Assembly (NCBI GenBank): GCA_944391975.1
Contig: CALXVK010000003.1
Span: 1 to 51,148 of the forward strand
DNA length: 51,148 nucleotides
Direction: 5' to 3'
Origin: an uncultured Clostridia bacterium
GTDB taxonomy: Bacteria; Bacillota; Clostridia; TANB77; CAG-508
How positions within the stretch are numbered: the first letter of the stretch is position 1; every line of letters begins with the position of its first letter. The position numbers and the translations under genes were made by a program. Positions 10,373 to 19,439 of this stretch are shown here, piece after piece. Under the pieces are notes generated by a model. That model worked only from the letters and a program-made list of their open reading frames with translations, did not search any database and had not been told where the DNA came from.

Positions 10373-10894
10373 TTAATTATTTACATTTAATGTATACTCT
10401 ATAGAAGTAATTACATCGTTTTCTACTATAAAAGTAAGATTTACATCCCCTCTTGTATAAACATAACTATTTTCAACAGAATTTTCATAATCTTCTCCAT
10501 AAGCATCTAACATGTCATCTAAAGTATCTGATATTTTTATTCCTTCTTCTGTTTCAACTTCAGTATCTAAGAAATAAACATAATATACTGTATCAACTCC
10601 ATCTACTTCTGCAACATCAATTTCAATTCCTGAATATGTATAAACCTTATCATTTCCTTCAAAAGCACAACTTTGTATTTCATAGAAATCATATTCTTCT
10701 GAAATAGCATTTTCATCAAATTTAGTTCCAGGAGTAACATTTACACCTTTATATTCTACTTCATAACCATTTTCAAGTTGATTAGCATTTGCGGTTGTGT
10801 TTTCTTTTTTGTCATTATTTACTACATTAAAAATAATAACTCCAGCTATTATAATTAAAACTATAACTACTATTATTAAAATCCCTTTTTTCAT
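10373..10894 (-). CDS. Hypothetical acidic exported/membrane-anchored protein
   Basis: ATG 10894 follows GAGGAGG; N-terminal hydrophobic segment. Confidence 0.7.
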   Translation of the reverse strand: MKKGILIIVVIVLIIIAGVIIFNVVNNDKKENTTANANQLENGYEVEYKGVNVTPGTKFDENAISEEYDFYEIQSCAFEGNDKVYTYSGIEIDVAEVDGVDTVYYVYFLDTEVETEEGIKISDTLDDMLDAYGEDYENSVENSYVYTRGDVNLTFIVENDVITSIEYTLNVNN

Positions 10895-10989
10895 AAGTAA
10901 CTCCTCCTCTTTAAAATTATCTATATAATATAATTTTTCAAATCTTTTTTCAATATATATTGACATTTTTTTTAAGTTTATTTTAATAT

Positions 10990-11367
10990 TTACTCTATAT
11001 CAATGTTTTTAATATGATTTATATATGTTTTTTCAGATGACACATAAATTTCTATAACATCAAATCTAATACATTTACAATATAATTTATTTATATATAA
11101 ATAATAATTAGCAGTATTATATATATGTTTTTTCTTATTAATAGTTATAGAATCAATAGGATTGCCATAGTGCATATTTCTTCTCGTTTTTACTTCAACA
11201 AAAACTATTTCATTTTTATCTTGAGCAATAATATCTATTTCACCTTTTGAAAATTTAAAATTTCTTTCTAATATCTTATAACCTTTTTTTATTAAAAACT
11301 CATTTGCAATGTTTTCTCCTTTGTTACCTAAAGTTTTAGAATTATTTTTATAATGTTTTTTTAACAT
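10990..11367 (-). CDS. yraN: YraN family (UPF0102) nuclease
   Basis: GEIDIIA, VFVEVKTR and RFDVIEI motifs; adjacent to dprA and comM. Confidence 0.93.
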   Translation of the reverse strand: MLKKHYKNNSKTLGNKGENIANEFLIKKGYKILERNFKFSKGEIDIIAQDKNEIVFVEVKTRRNMHYGNPIDSITINKKKHIYNTANYYLYINKLYCKCIRFDVIEIYVSSEKTYINHIKNIDIE

Positions 11368-12212
11368 AACCGTACTCCCAAAATATTTTTTACTAAATCT
11401 TCCATTTCCATTAAAATTAACAATTTAGATGTACATTTTATTGTATTATTTGTTTTAATAGAAATCTCTTCAAGACTTATTGGTTCATCACTTAATAATT
11501 CATATATTTTTCTATATTCTTTTTTTACTCTAGAATTTTGAAAAACTTTTCTTTTTTCTTTATATTTAAACTCTTCAAAATCATTTAAAATATCCTCTGT
11601 ACAAATAGTCATTATTGCTCCATCTTTTATTAATCGATTTACCCCAACACCATTTTTATTATCTAATCTACCTGGAATTGCATATACTCTTTTACCTTGC
11701 TCCCATCCTAGTTTTGCAGTAATACTTGTTCCGCTTCTGTATTCTGCCTCAATAACCAATATTGCTTTTGAAAGTCCACTTATTATTCTATTTCTATTTG
11801 GAAAATTAGAACTTTTAAATTTTGTATCATCTGAATATTCTGTTATAACTAATCCATTTTCATCTAAAATTCTATTATAGATATCCACATTTTCAACAGG
11901 ATAAATGTGATTAAATCCTGTTCCCATTACCGCAATAGTTTTACCTCCATTATTTAAAGTTTCTTCATGTGCTATTCTATCTGCTCCTATTGCCATTCCA
12001 CTTACAATAACAATATCTCTTAATGCAATATCTTTTACGAATTTTCTTTCTATATTTTTTCCATATTCAGTTATATCTCTACTTCCAATTATAGCTATAG
12101 AATCATAATTTAATAAATCTATATTGCCTTTATAATATAATCTCTGTGGCGGATTTTTTATATCTCTTAAACTATCTGGATATTTATCATCATCAAAATC
12201 TATATAATTCAT
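11348..12212 (-). CDS. dprA: DNA-processing protein DprA. Standard reading stops at 11361; the +1 shift at CGG 11372 ends at 11348
   Basis: AIIGSR, IVSGMAIGAD, FPNRNRIISGLS and EAEYRSGT motifs. C-terminus is LGV-RLC* unshifted or LGV-GYVKKTL* shifted. Confidence 0.93.
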
Positions 12213-12224
12213 TTTAAACTCCTA

Positions 12225-13743
12225 TTATTCATTTTCAAAACTTCTATATTGTAAAGCTTCAATAATATGGTCTTCTTTTATTTCTTTTGAAATCTCCAAA
12301 TCAGCAATTGTCCTTGCAACTTTTAAAACTTTCGAATATCCGCGTGAACTTAAATTCATTTTTTCAGCTGCACTCTGTAATATCATATTAGAAGTATTAT
12401 CCAACTTACAAAATTCATTCAAAAATTTAACATTTAATTCTGAATTGCAAAAGATATTAAATTTCTTATATCGTTCATTTTGAATTTTTCTGGCATTATT
12501 TACTCTTTCTTTAATATCCTTAGATTTTTCTGAATAATTGTTATAACAATTATTATGTTTTATATTTGAAACTTGAACTTGAATATCAATTCTATCTAAT
12601 ATAGGGCCACTTATTTTATTAATATAGTTTTTTATTTGAAATTCTGTGCATTTACATGGTTTTTCTTTACTTCCAAAATATCCGCAAGGACATGGATTCA
12701 TACTTGCAACTAACATAAAATTACAAGGATATGTAATACTTGCTCCTACTCTACTAATATGAACATATTTATCTTCTAAAGGTCCTCTTAAAACTTCTAA
12801 AACATTTCTATTAAACTCTGGCAATTCATCTAAAAACAATACACCTGAATGAGATAAACTTATTTCTCCAGGTTTTGGAATTTTTCCTCCACCTATTAAA
12901 GCATTAGCTGAAATTGTATGATGTGGACTTCTAAAAGGCCTTTTTGTAATTAAAAAATTATCTTTCATATTTCCAGAAATACTATAGATTTTTGTAATTT
13001 CTAACGCTTCTTCAAATGTTAAATCTGGTAAAATAGTCTTTACTCTTTTTGCCATCATAGTCTTTCCGAGAACCAGGGCTTCCAACCATAAGTATATTAT
13101 GTCCTCCTGCTGCTGCAATCTCTAAAGCTCTTTTTGTTATTTCTTGCCCTTTTACTTCTGAAAAATCAATTTCATATTCTATTTCCTTTTCAAAAATATT
13201 TTCTATATCAGCAAATTCTCTATCTATAATAGTTTCACCTTTTAAATATTTAATTAAAGTTTGTAAATCCTGAACTCCTATAATTTCCAAATCTTTTATA
13301 ATAGCTGCTTCTTTAGCATTTTCTTTTGGTACAATTACTCTTTTAATACCATATTTTAAAGCTTCTATACATATTGGTAAAACACCATTTACTTTTTTTA
13401 CTTTACTATCTAAAGAAAGTTCTCCAATAAAAATGGAATTTGAAATATCAGCATTATCTAATATTCCAATAGACTTTAATACTCCAACAGAAATTGCTAA
13501 ATCTAAATAAGATCCTTCTTTTCTTAAATCAGCAGGAGATAAATTTATAATATATCTTCTACTAGGCATATCTATTCCACAATTTCTAATTGCTGTTTTT
13601 ACTCTTTCTTTTGATTCTTTAACACTAATATCTGGAAGTCCTATTATTTCCCACATAGGCATTCCAGACGAAACATCAACCTCTACATTAATAAGTGTTC
13701 CATTTAATCCTTGAAGAGCCATACTTTTAGTTACTGATAACAT
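12225..13743 (-). CDS. comM: ComM/YifB Mg-chelatase-like AAA+ ATPase, split into two frames at CGG 13068-13066 (joined 505 aa)
   Basis: ORF 13012..13743 has INLSPADLRKEG and AAAGGHN; ORF 12225..13118 has PFRSPHH, LFLDELPEF and MNPCPCGY. Skipping C13068 restores Walker A GSPGSGKT. Confidence 0.93.
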
Positions 13744-13805
13744 ATTTCCTCCATAAACTTTTTAACAATAATATAAAAATTTAATATTTTAAAAGATTTA
13801 ATTAT

Positions 13806-13853
13806 AAAAAGAAAAAGAGAGCAAAAAAAGATATAAATATCTTTTTTGCCCTC
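13806..13853 (-). terminator. Terminator-like hairpin in the comM leader
   Basis: GAGGGCAAAAAAGATAT-TT-ATATCTTTTTTTGCTCTC followed by TTTTTCTTTTT on the minus strand. Confidence 0.7.
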
Positions 13854-13863
13854 ACATATTGCA

Positions 13864-13892
13864 ATTATATTGCATTCTTTTTTAATTGTCAA
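13864..13892 (-). promoter_or_regulatory. Consensus sigma-A promoter
   Basis: TTGACA (13892-13887), 17 bp spacer, TATAAT (13869-13864). Confidence 0.75.
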
Positions 13893-13913
13893 TAGTTTTA
13901 TTTTTTTATACAA

Positions 13914-13943
13914 AAAAGCTCTTGCATTTTTACAAGAGCCTTT
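13914..13943 (-). terminator. Terminator of the G5/3D gene
   Basis: GCTCTTG/CAAGAGC stem with a T-tract on the minus strand. Confidence 0.65.
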
Positions 13944-13951
13944 AATTATTT

Positions 13952-14902
13952 TTAATAATATACATATACCTCAAGGTTTCTTCTACCAAAATTAATACAT
14001 TCTGCAGCAGTATCCATATAAACATCTATATGTCCATCTGTAATTGCTCCACCTCTATCTTCTACTACAAACCATCCACCATTTGCATAATTTGCAAAAT
14101 ATGGAATATAAACGACTGTTCCAAGTGGTATTGATGGTCCAGCAGCAACTGTGTATCCTGATGATGGCCATGCACCTGATGCTGTTCTATTTCCTGTTGC
14201 AGTATACGCTGAAACACTTTTTGTTGAAACTGTAGGTGTAGCTCCACTAACACTATTTGCTAACGTTAATCCTGAGCCTGAAGCTTGATAAGAAGTTGAA
14301 CGACTAACAACTCTTGATGAAATTTGAACTATTCTATCTACTGGTTCTTTAATAACAGTTTCTGATATAACAGTTCTTTCAACTTCCACATCATCTTGAT
14401 ATTTAACTTTATATTTTACTTCTTTTAATCCGTTCTCACCTTCTTGTAGAACTGTATCTCTAGTTTCAGTACCTGATGTTGAAACATCTTTTGTAACAGT
14501 TTCATATGGAATTTCAACTTGCTCAGTAATTATTTTTTCTGTTACTGTAACATAATTTCCTAAAATCTGTTCAGTTGTAATACTTGAAACTTCTTCTGCT
14601 ACAACAACTGGCTCACTATCTTTTTTAGTTATTTCAATTGTTTTTGCAGCATTGATATCTGATTCTAAACTTGGTGTAACTTCCTCATCTTCTAATAATA
14701 CAATATTATTTTCTTCTAAAATCTCTGATACTTTAGTTTTCGTTGTCATAACTGAGATTGATGTTTCATCAGAGAATTTTATAGTAATATAATTTATATC
14801 ACTTCTTGTTGCAAATACTCCAACTGCCAATAAACCAATTACTATAATACTAACAAAAATAATTCTTCTAATTATTTTTCCGGATGAACTTTCCACTTTC
14901 AT
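13952..14902 (-). CDS. YabE-like cell wall protein (ubiquitin-like DUF348, G5, 3D domains)
   Basis: TM anchor, G5 (QEGENGLKEV...KEPVDRIV) and 3D (SAYT...EDRGGAI...IDVY...FGRR) motifs. Confidence 0.85.
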   Translation of the reverse strand: MKVESSSGKIIRRIIFVSIIVIGLLAVGVFATRSDINYITIKFSDETSISVMTTKTKVSEILEENNIVLLEDEEVTPSLESDINAAKTIEITKKDSEPVVVAEEVSSITTEQILGNYVTVTEKIITEQVEIPYETVTKDVSTSGTETRDTVLQEGENGLKEVKYKVKYQDDVEVERTVISETVIKEPVDRIVQISSRVVSRSTSYQASGSGLTLANSVSGATPTVSTKSVSAYTATGNRTASGAWPSSGYTVAAGPSIPLGTVVYIPYFANYANGGWFVVEDRGGAITDGHIDVYMDTAAECINFGRRNLEVYVYY

Positions 14903-14952
14903 ATAAAAATCCTTTCTTGAATAAAATAAAAGTCTTTTTCAACCACGAAGCT

Positions 14953-14981
14953 ATTATACTATTATTGTTAATATTTGTCAA
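14953..14981 (-). promoter_or_regulatory. Consensus sigma-A promoter
   Basis: TTGACA (14981-14976), 17 bp spacer, TATAAT (14958-14953). Confidence 0.75.
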
Positions 14982-15076
14982 ATACGTTTCCATATTATAT
15001 AATATGTCCAACATTTACGGTTATAACAATTTTTGGATTTTTTTACCAAAATTATTTTTTTGTATAACAATTTTTA

Positions 15077-16102
15077 TTATTCAAAAAAATCTTTTTTAAA
15101 AAGTGATAAATCAACTCTAGCCGTAATTTCATCGCCTGCTCCATTCTCACTAAATTGCCATCCAACAGTTTTTTTATTTAAATCTAAATTATCAGCTCCT
15201 TCTTGTGTTGTTATATCAAAATACCAATAATCTGGAATTGTATCTTCCTCAGGATAATATGCTATCCAAAACTTAGTATCTAAAGATGATAAATATAAAT
15301 TAGCTGTATGAGCATTAGAATACACTATTGTATCAATATTTTCATCTTTTAGTGAATCAATAAGTTCTTGAACTAATTCTGCCCTTTCATTCCAAATGTC
15401 ATCTGCACGTCCTTCACCATTATGTCTTTCAATATCTAGGGCTACTGGTAACGTACAATATTCGCCTGCATTTTCATCTAAAAAGTTTTTTATAAAGTCT
15501 ACCTCTTCTTCTATTTCCTCTGTATTTAAAGCTTCATCTAAAAAATAAAATCCATATGGAATTCCTAAATATTCACATGCATCTACAAATATTTGATAAT
15601 TTGAGTCTACATACATAACTCCTTCCTTGCCATATCCTCTTCCTCCAGCTCTTATATATACATAAGAAATCTCATTTTCTATTAAAAAAACTTCATATTC
15701 TTCTTTTGTATCAAAATCAGTTTCATAATTAAATTTAGAAACATCAGAAACTAACACTCTTTCCTTATTTATTTCTTCAAAATATTGAACATTTTCAGCT
15801 CTTACATATCCATTTTTTCTTCCATCAACTTTTACTTTATACCAATCTATACCATCCTGTTCAAACTCATCTAAAATATAAACATTTTCACCTTTATTTA
15901 AAACTTTAATTTGTTTTACATTATCTGTTTTAGCTTCTTTATAAAAAGGTGCATATTCACTAATTACAATAGCATGTATAGAGGCATCAATTTCAGATTG
16001 ATTTTTTCTATCTAAATATATAACTATACCTATAGCGCAAATAATTAAAATTATAACAGCTATAAATATCATTAAAAATATTTTTTTCTTTTTATTTTCC
16101 AT
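15077..16102 (-). CDS. SH3 domain plus GH25 lysozyme
   Basis: WYKVKVDGRKNGYV (SH3b); DVSKFN, YIRAGGRGY, ALDIE and WQFS (GH25). Confidence 0.85.
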   Translation of the reverse strand: MENKKKKIFLMIFIAVIILIICAIGIVIYLDRKNQSEIDASIHAIVISEYAPFYKEAKTDNVKQIKVLNKGENVYILDEFEQDGIDWYKVKVDGRKNGYVRAENVQYFEEINKERVLVSDVSKFNYETDFDTKEEYEVFLIENEISYVYIRAGGRGYGKEGVMYVDSNYQIFVDACEYLGIPYGFYFLDEALNTEEIEEEVDFIKNFLDENAGEYCTLPVALDIERHNGEGRADDIWNERAELVQELIDSLKDENIDTIVYSNAHTANLYLSSLDTKFWIAYYPEEDTIPDYWYFDITTQEGADNLDLNKKTVGWQFSENGAGDEITARVDLSLFKKDFFE

Positions 16103-16219
16103 ACATTACTCCTATTATTTAGTTCAAATTTTAGTAATACCATTCTAACATTTAAATCTACAATTTGTCTATAGAAATTTATCTTTATATTTTATATATT
16201 AGTTTTAAAAATATAAAAA

Positions 16220-16245
16220 AGAATTCTCTTTTAAAAGAGAATTCT
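16220..16245. terminator. Perfect 26-bp palindrome, likely terminator
   Basis: AGAATTCTCTTTT/AAAAGAGAATTCT just downstream of the cohesin gene. Confidence 0.7.
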
Positions 16246-16266
16246 AAAAATTAATTATCATTTTTA

Positions 16267-17115
16267 TTAAAATTTACTATATTTTTCATATTTCTTATAG
16301 AATATAAATCCTGCAATTATTAAGGCTATAATAGGTAAAATTACAATTTTATAACCTGCATTTGGTAAACTTCCAGATGCTGTTGTATTATCTACTCTAT
16401 TATTTTGATTATTACCACTATTTGAAACATTATTTCTATTTGCATTATTATCAACTTCATTATCTGTATTATTGTCTATAACATTATTGGTATTATTTGA
16501 ATTATTATTATCTTCTTCAGCTGGTACTCCAATCACAAGATCCAATGATTCACTTACTTTTTCTGATTTATCTGATACTCCTGAAAATACTTGGAATAAT
16601 GAATATGTAATTGCATCTTCATATGTTCCTGTTGACACTCCTGGTTTTACTTTAAAAGTAATTGTAAGTATATCTGTATCTGGTGTAACAGCACTAGCCA
16701 AATTAATTACTATTCTATAATCTCCTCTTCCAGATTCTGGTGAATCATTAAAAGTAATTCCTGTATCAATTTCATTCATTTCCTCAGTTGATAAATTTGT
16801 TACATCATATATATCTAAAATATTATTTTCATCTATTTCTACTTTACCATCAGAATTTGTAACTATACTATTTACTGTTAAATCTTCTAAAACATCTTCA
16901 TTAATATTGACATATCCCTCAACAGCAGTAATTCCTGATGTTGTATCAAAATCTTTTAAAGATAAAGTAACTGTAAACTCATCTCCTGCATGTAATGCTC
17001 CAGAATTTGATGGTGTAATGTTAATGCTTCCACTGATTGTAGCATAAACACTTGTACACAAAAGCATAAGCATTAAAACAACATAAAATACTACCTGTCT
17101 CTTTTTCATAAGCAT
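16267..17115 (-). CDS. Sortase-anchored cohesin-domain protein
   Basis: Signal peptide; AGDEFTVTLSL...ILTITFKVK cohesin-like fold; Asn-rich linker; LPNAG, TM and basic tail. Confidence 0.7.
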   Translation of the reverse strand: MLMKKRQVVFYVVLMLMLLCTSVYATISGSINITPSNSGALHAGDEFTVTLSLKDFDTTSGITAVEGYVNINEDVLEDLTVNSIVTNSDGKVEIDENNILDIYDVTNLSTEEMNEIDTGITFNDSPESGRGDYRIVINLASAVTPDTDILTITFKVKPGVSTGTYEDAITYSLFQVFSGVSDKSEKVSESLDLVIGVPAEEDNNNSNNTNNVIDNNTDNEVDNNANRNNVSNSGNNQNNRVDNTTASGSLPNAGYKIVILPIIALIIAGFIFYKKYEKYSKF

Positions 17116-17252
17116 ATTCTCCCTATTAAATTAATTTCATAATACTAAAATAACATTAAATAATAAAAAAATCAATACCTTTTTCTGACATTTTTCGATT
17201 TTATAAACCTTTTTTAATAATTAAATTTTAAAATAAAAATTTTTTTATAAAC

Positions 17253-17307
17253 TATAAATAACTTACTGCCTAATAACAGTAAGTTATTTATATATATATA
17301 TATATAT
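17253..17307. terminator. 16-bp stem hairpin with adjoining (TA)n tract
   Basis: TATAAATAACTTACTG-N8-CAGTAAGTTATTTATA, then a TA run to about 17307. Confidence 0.6.
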
Positions 17308-17344
17308 TTAAGAAGGAAATGTCTATTATTTTTTCTTTTCTTTT

Positions 17345-18013
17345 TTAGAAAGAAGTTATTTTATACGCTCTATATTGTAATATTAATAGAGCATCTAAAC
17401 TGTCAATATCTCCTTCACCTATTTCTACATCAAGCCAATCTGCATCAAGAACTCCTGTATCCTCTAAAAGGATTTGTGGTAATGAAATAACATAAGTATG
17501 TGATTGATCTGATTCTTCTGAAATATCAACTGTTATAATTTCCTTTAAGTTTACTTCTTGGTTTGTTATATCTGTTTCAGCAATATTATCAAAAGTTGTA
17601 ATTGAACTTACACTTTCTAATTTATTAGAAGATAAATTCAATTTTTCTAATGGTAAACTATCAAGTTCACCTAAATTACTATCAACTGTTAATTCATTTG
17701 CTGTTAAATTAAGATTTGTTAAATATGCAAATGAACTTAGTCCTGTCAAATCATCAATTGAACTATTAGATAAATCCATATAAGTTACTTTTTGAAGGTC
17801 TGTATCAGTAATAGTAATTGTATTAGTGTCATCACTATATTGCATGCCTATATTTTGACTTATAAGATTTCTCTTTACTGCATTGTACAATTCTTTACTT
17901 AATGTAATTTTTACATTAGTAGCAGCATTTACTATGCCATCAAATGGAACAATGCACTGTATAATTATAAGCAATATTAGCGAAATGACAATTATACATT
18001 TCCTTCTTTCCAC
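17345..18013 (-). CDS. Secreted leucine-rich-repeat protein ending in a partial dockerin
   Basis: GTG start after AGGAGG; signal peptide; LRRs (MDLSNSSI, LNLTANEL, LNLSSNKL); C-terminus GDIDSLDALLILQYRAYKITSF. Confidence 0.7.
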   Translation of the reverse strand: MERRKCIIVISLILLIIIQCIVPFDGIVNAATNVKITLSKELYNAVKRNLISQNIGMQYSDDTNTITITDTDLQKVTYMDLSNSSIDDLTGLSSFAYLTNLNLTANELTVDSNLGELDSLPLEKLNLSSNKLESVSSITTFDNIAETDITNQEVNLKEIITVDISEESDQSHTYVISLPQILLEDTGVLDADWLDVEIGEGDIDSLDALLILQYRAYKITSF

Positions 18014-18093
18014 ATTAGTCCTCCTTAAAATATTTTTTGATATCCCAATAATAACACTTTTTTTAAAGGTCAATACCCTAAAAATTCCAATTA

Positions 18094-18130
18094 AAAAAGC
18101 CGCTTCTTTTTGCCTTACGGAAGCGGTTTT
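18094..18130 (-). terminator. Terminator downstream of tatD
   Basis: CCGCTTC...GAAGCGG stem followed by CTTTTTT on the minus strand. Confidence 0.7.
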
Positions 18131-18218
18131 ATTAAAATTATACTTTTTTCATATTAAATTTTTGTTACATTTTAAGCTAAAAGCAACAATTTACTACGTA
18201 ATAAACTATCACAAGAGA

Positions 18219-18986
18219 TTATACTCTAATTTTGTATACTCTCATAGCATTATCATAAGTTTTTTTTGATACTTCTTCTAACGATATTCCTTTTATTTCT
18301 GAAATCTTTTTTGCTATTTCAATTACCCTTCTTGAATCATTTCTTTTTCCTCTAAATGGCTCAGGTGATAAATACGGAGAATCAGTTTCTATCAATATTC
18401 TATCCATTGGAACTTCTTTAACAGCAAGTTCAGGCTTAGCATTTTTAAAAGTAATAACACCACTAAAAGATATATAATACCCTAAATTTAATCCGCTTTT
18501 TATGAGTTCGATATTTAAAGGACAACAATGAAAAATTCCAGTATTATTGCATTTATGATTTTTAAGTATATCAATTGTATCTATATGTGCATCTCTAGTA
18601 TGAATTGCTATTGGTAAATCTAATTCATTTGCTATCTCAATTTGTTTAATAAATATTTCTTTTTGTAAATCTTTATTGTTTTTTCCCCAATGATAATCTA
18701 ATCCAATTTCTCCTATTCCTACAACTTTTTTATTTAAAGCTAACTTTTTTATTTCTTTTAATTCATTCAAATTTTTTTTTGTTACACCAATTGGTGAAAT
18801 AGCAACTGTTGCATATATAAAATCATATTTTTCCGCAATTTTAACTGCCTTTTTACTAGATTCTAAATCATATCCTATACATGTAAATTTTCTAATATTA
18901 GAATCATAAGTATTTCTTATAATTTCATCTCTATCTTCATCAAAAGCCTCATCATTATAATGAGAATGTGTATCAAATAGTTCCAT
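18219..18986 (-). CDS. tatD: TatD family DNase
   Basis: DTHSH, GEIGLDY, IHTRDA, FHC and ETDSPYLSP motifs. Confidence 0.95.
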   Translation of the reverse strand: MELFDTHSHYNDEAFDEDRDEIIRNTYDSNIRKFTCIGYDLESSKKAVKIAEKYDFIYATVAISPIGVTKKNLNELKEIKKLALNKKVVGIGEIGLDYHWGKNNKDLQKEIFIKQIEIANELDLPIAIHTRDAHIDTIDILKNHKCNNTGIFHCCPLNIELIKSGLNLGYYISFSGVITFKNAKPELAVKEVPMDRILIETDSPYLSPEPFRGKRNDSRRVIEIAKKISEIKGISLEEVSKKTYDNAMRVYKIRV

Positions 18987-19056
18987 TTTTTCTCCTTCTT
19001 ATTATAAATTATTATATAAAAACTAGGTAATATAATTATCACCTAGTAAAAACTTC

Positions 19057-19425
19057 TTATTCTTTAAATAATACAATAACTGTTGCAATAGCATAATCCT
19101 TACAATGTGACAAACTAATGTCAATACTCTCAATTTCTGGAATCGTACAATTTAAAACCACTTCCGGTTTTCCTGATTCAAGATTAATAACTTCAAAATC
19201 AGTCCAAACAAGTTCAGAATCTAATCTTTTGCTAAGAGCTTTAAAAATTGCTTCTTTAGCAGCAAATCTTGCAGCATAATGTTGATATTTTTGTAGTTTA
19301 TGACTTTCACAATATTTTACTTCATTTTGAGTAAATATATTTTTTTTAAAGTTTTCTTCATGAGATTCCATTGATTGTCTAATTCTTCCTATTTCTATAA
19401 TATCAGTTCCACATGTAATATTCAT
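19057..19425 (-). CDS. acpS: Holo-ACP synthase
   Basis: GTDIIEI, AARFAAKEA, GKP and SLSH motifs. Confidence 0.95.
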   Translation of the reverse strand: MNITCGTDIIEIGRIRQSMESHEENFKKNIFTQNEVKYCESHKLQKYQHYAARFAAKEAIFKALSKRLDSELVWTDFEVINLESGKPEVVLNCTIPEIESIDISLSHCKDYAIATVIVLFKE

Positions 19426-19439
19426 CTAGATTTCCTTTC

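Noticed and set aside
17289-17307. (TA)n tract as a phase-variation switch
   Set aside because: It lies 3' of the LRR gene beside a terminator hairpin, not in a coding region or an evident promoter spacer.
18094-18130. Riboswitch upstream of the LRR gene
   Set aside because: No recognisable aptamer; the hairpin is adequately explained as the tatD terminator.
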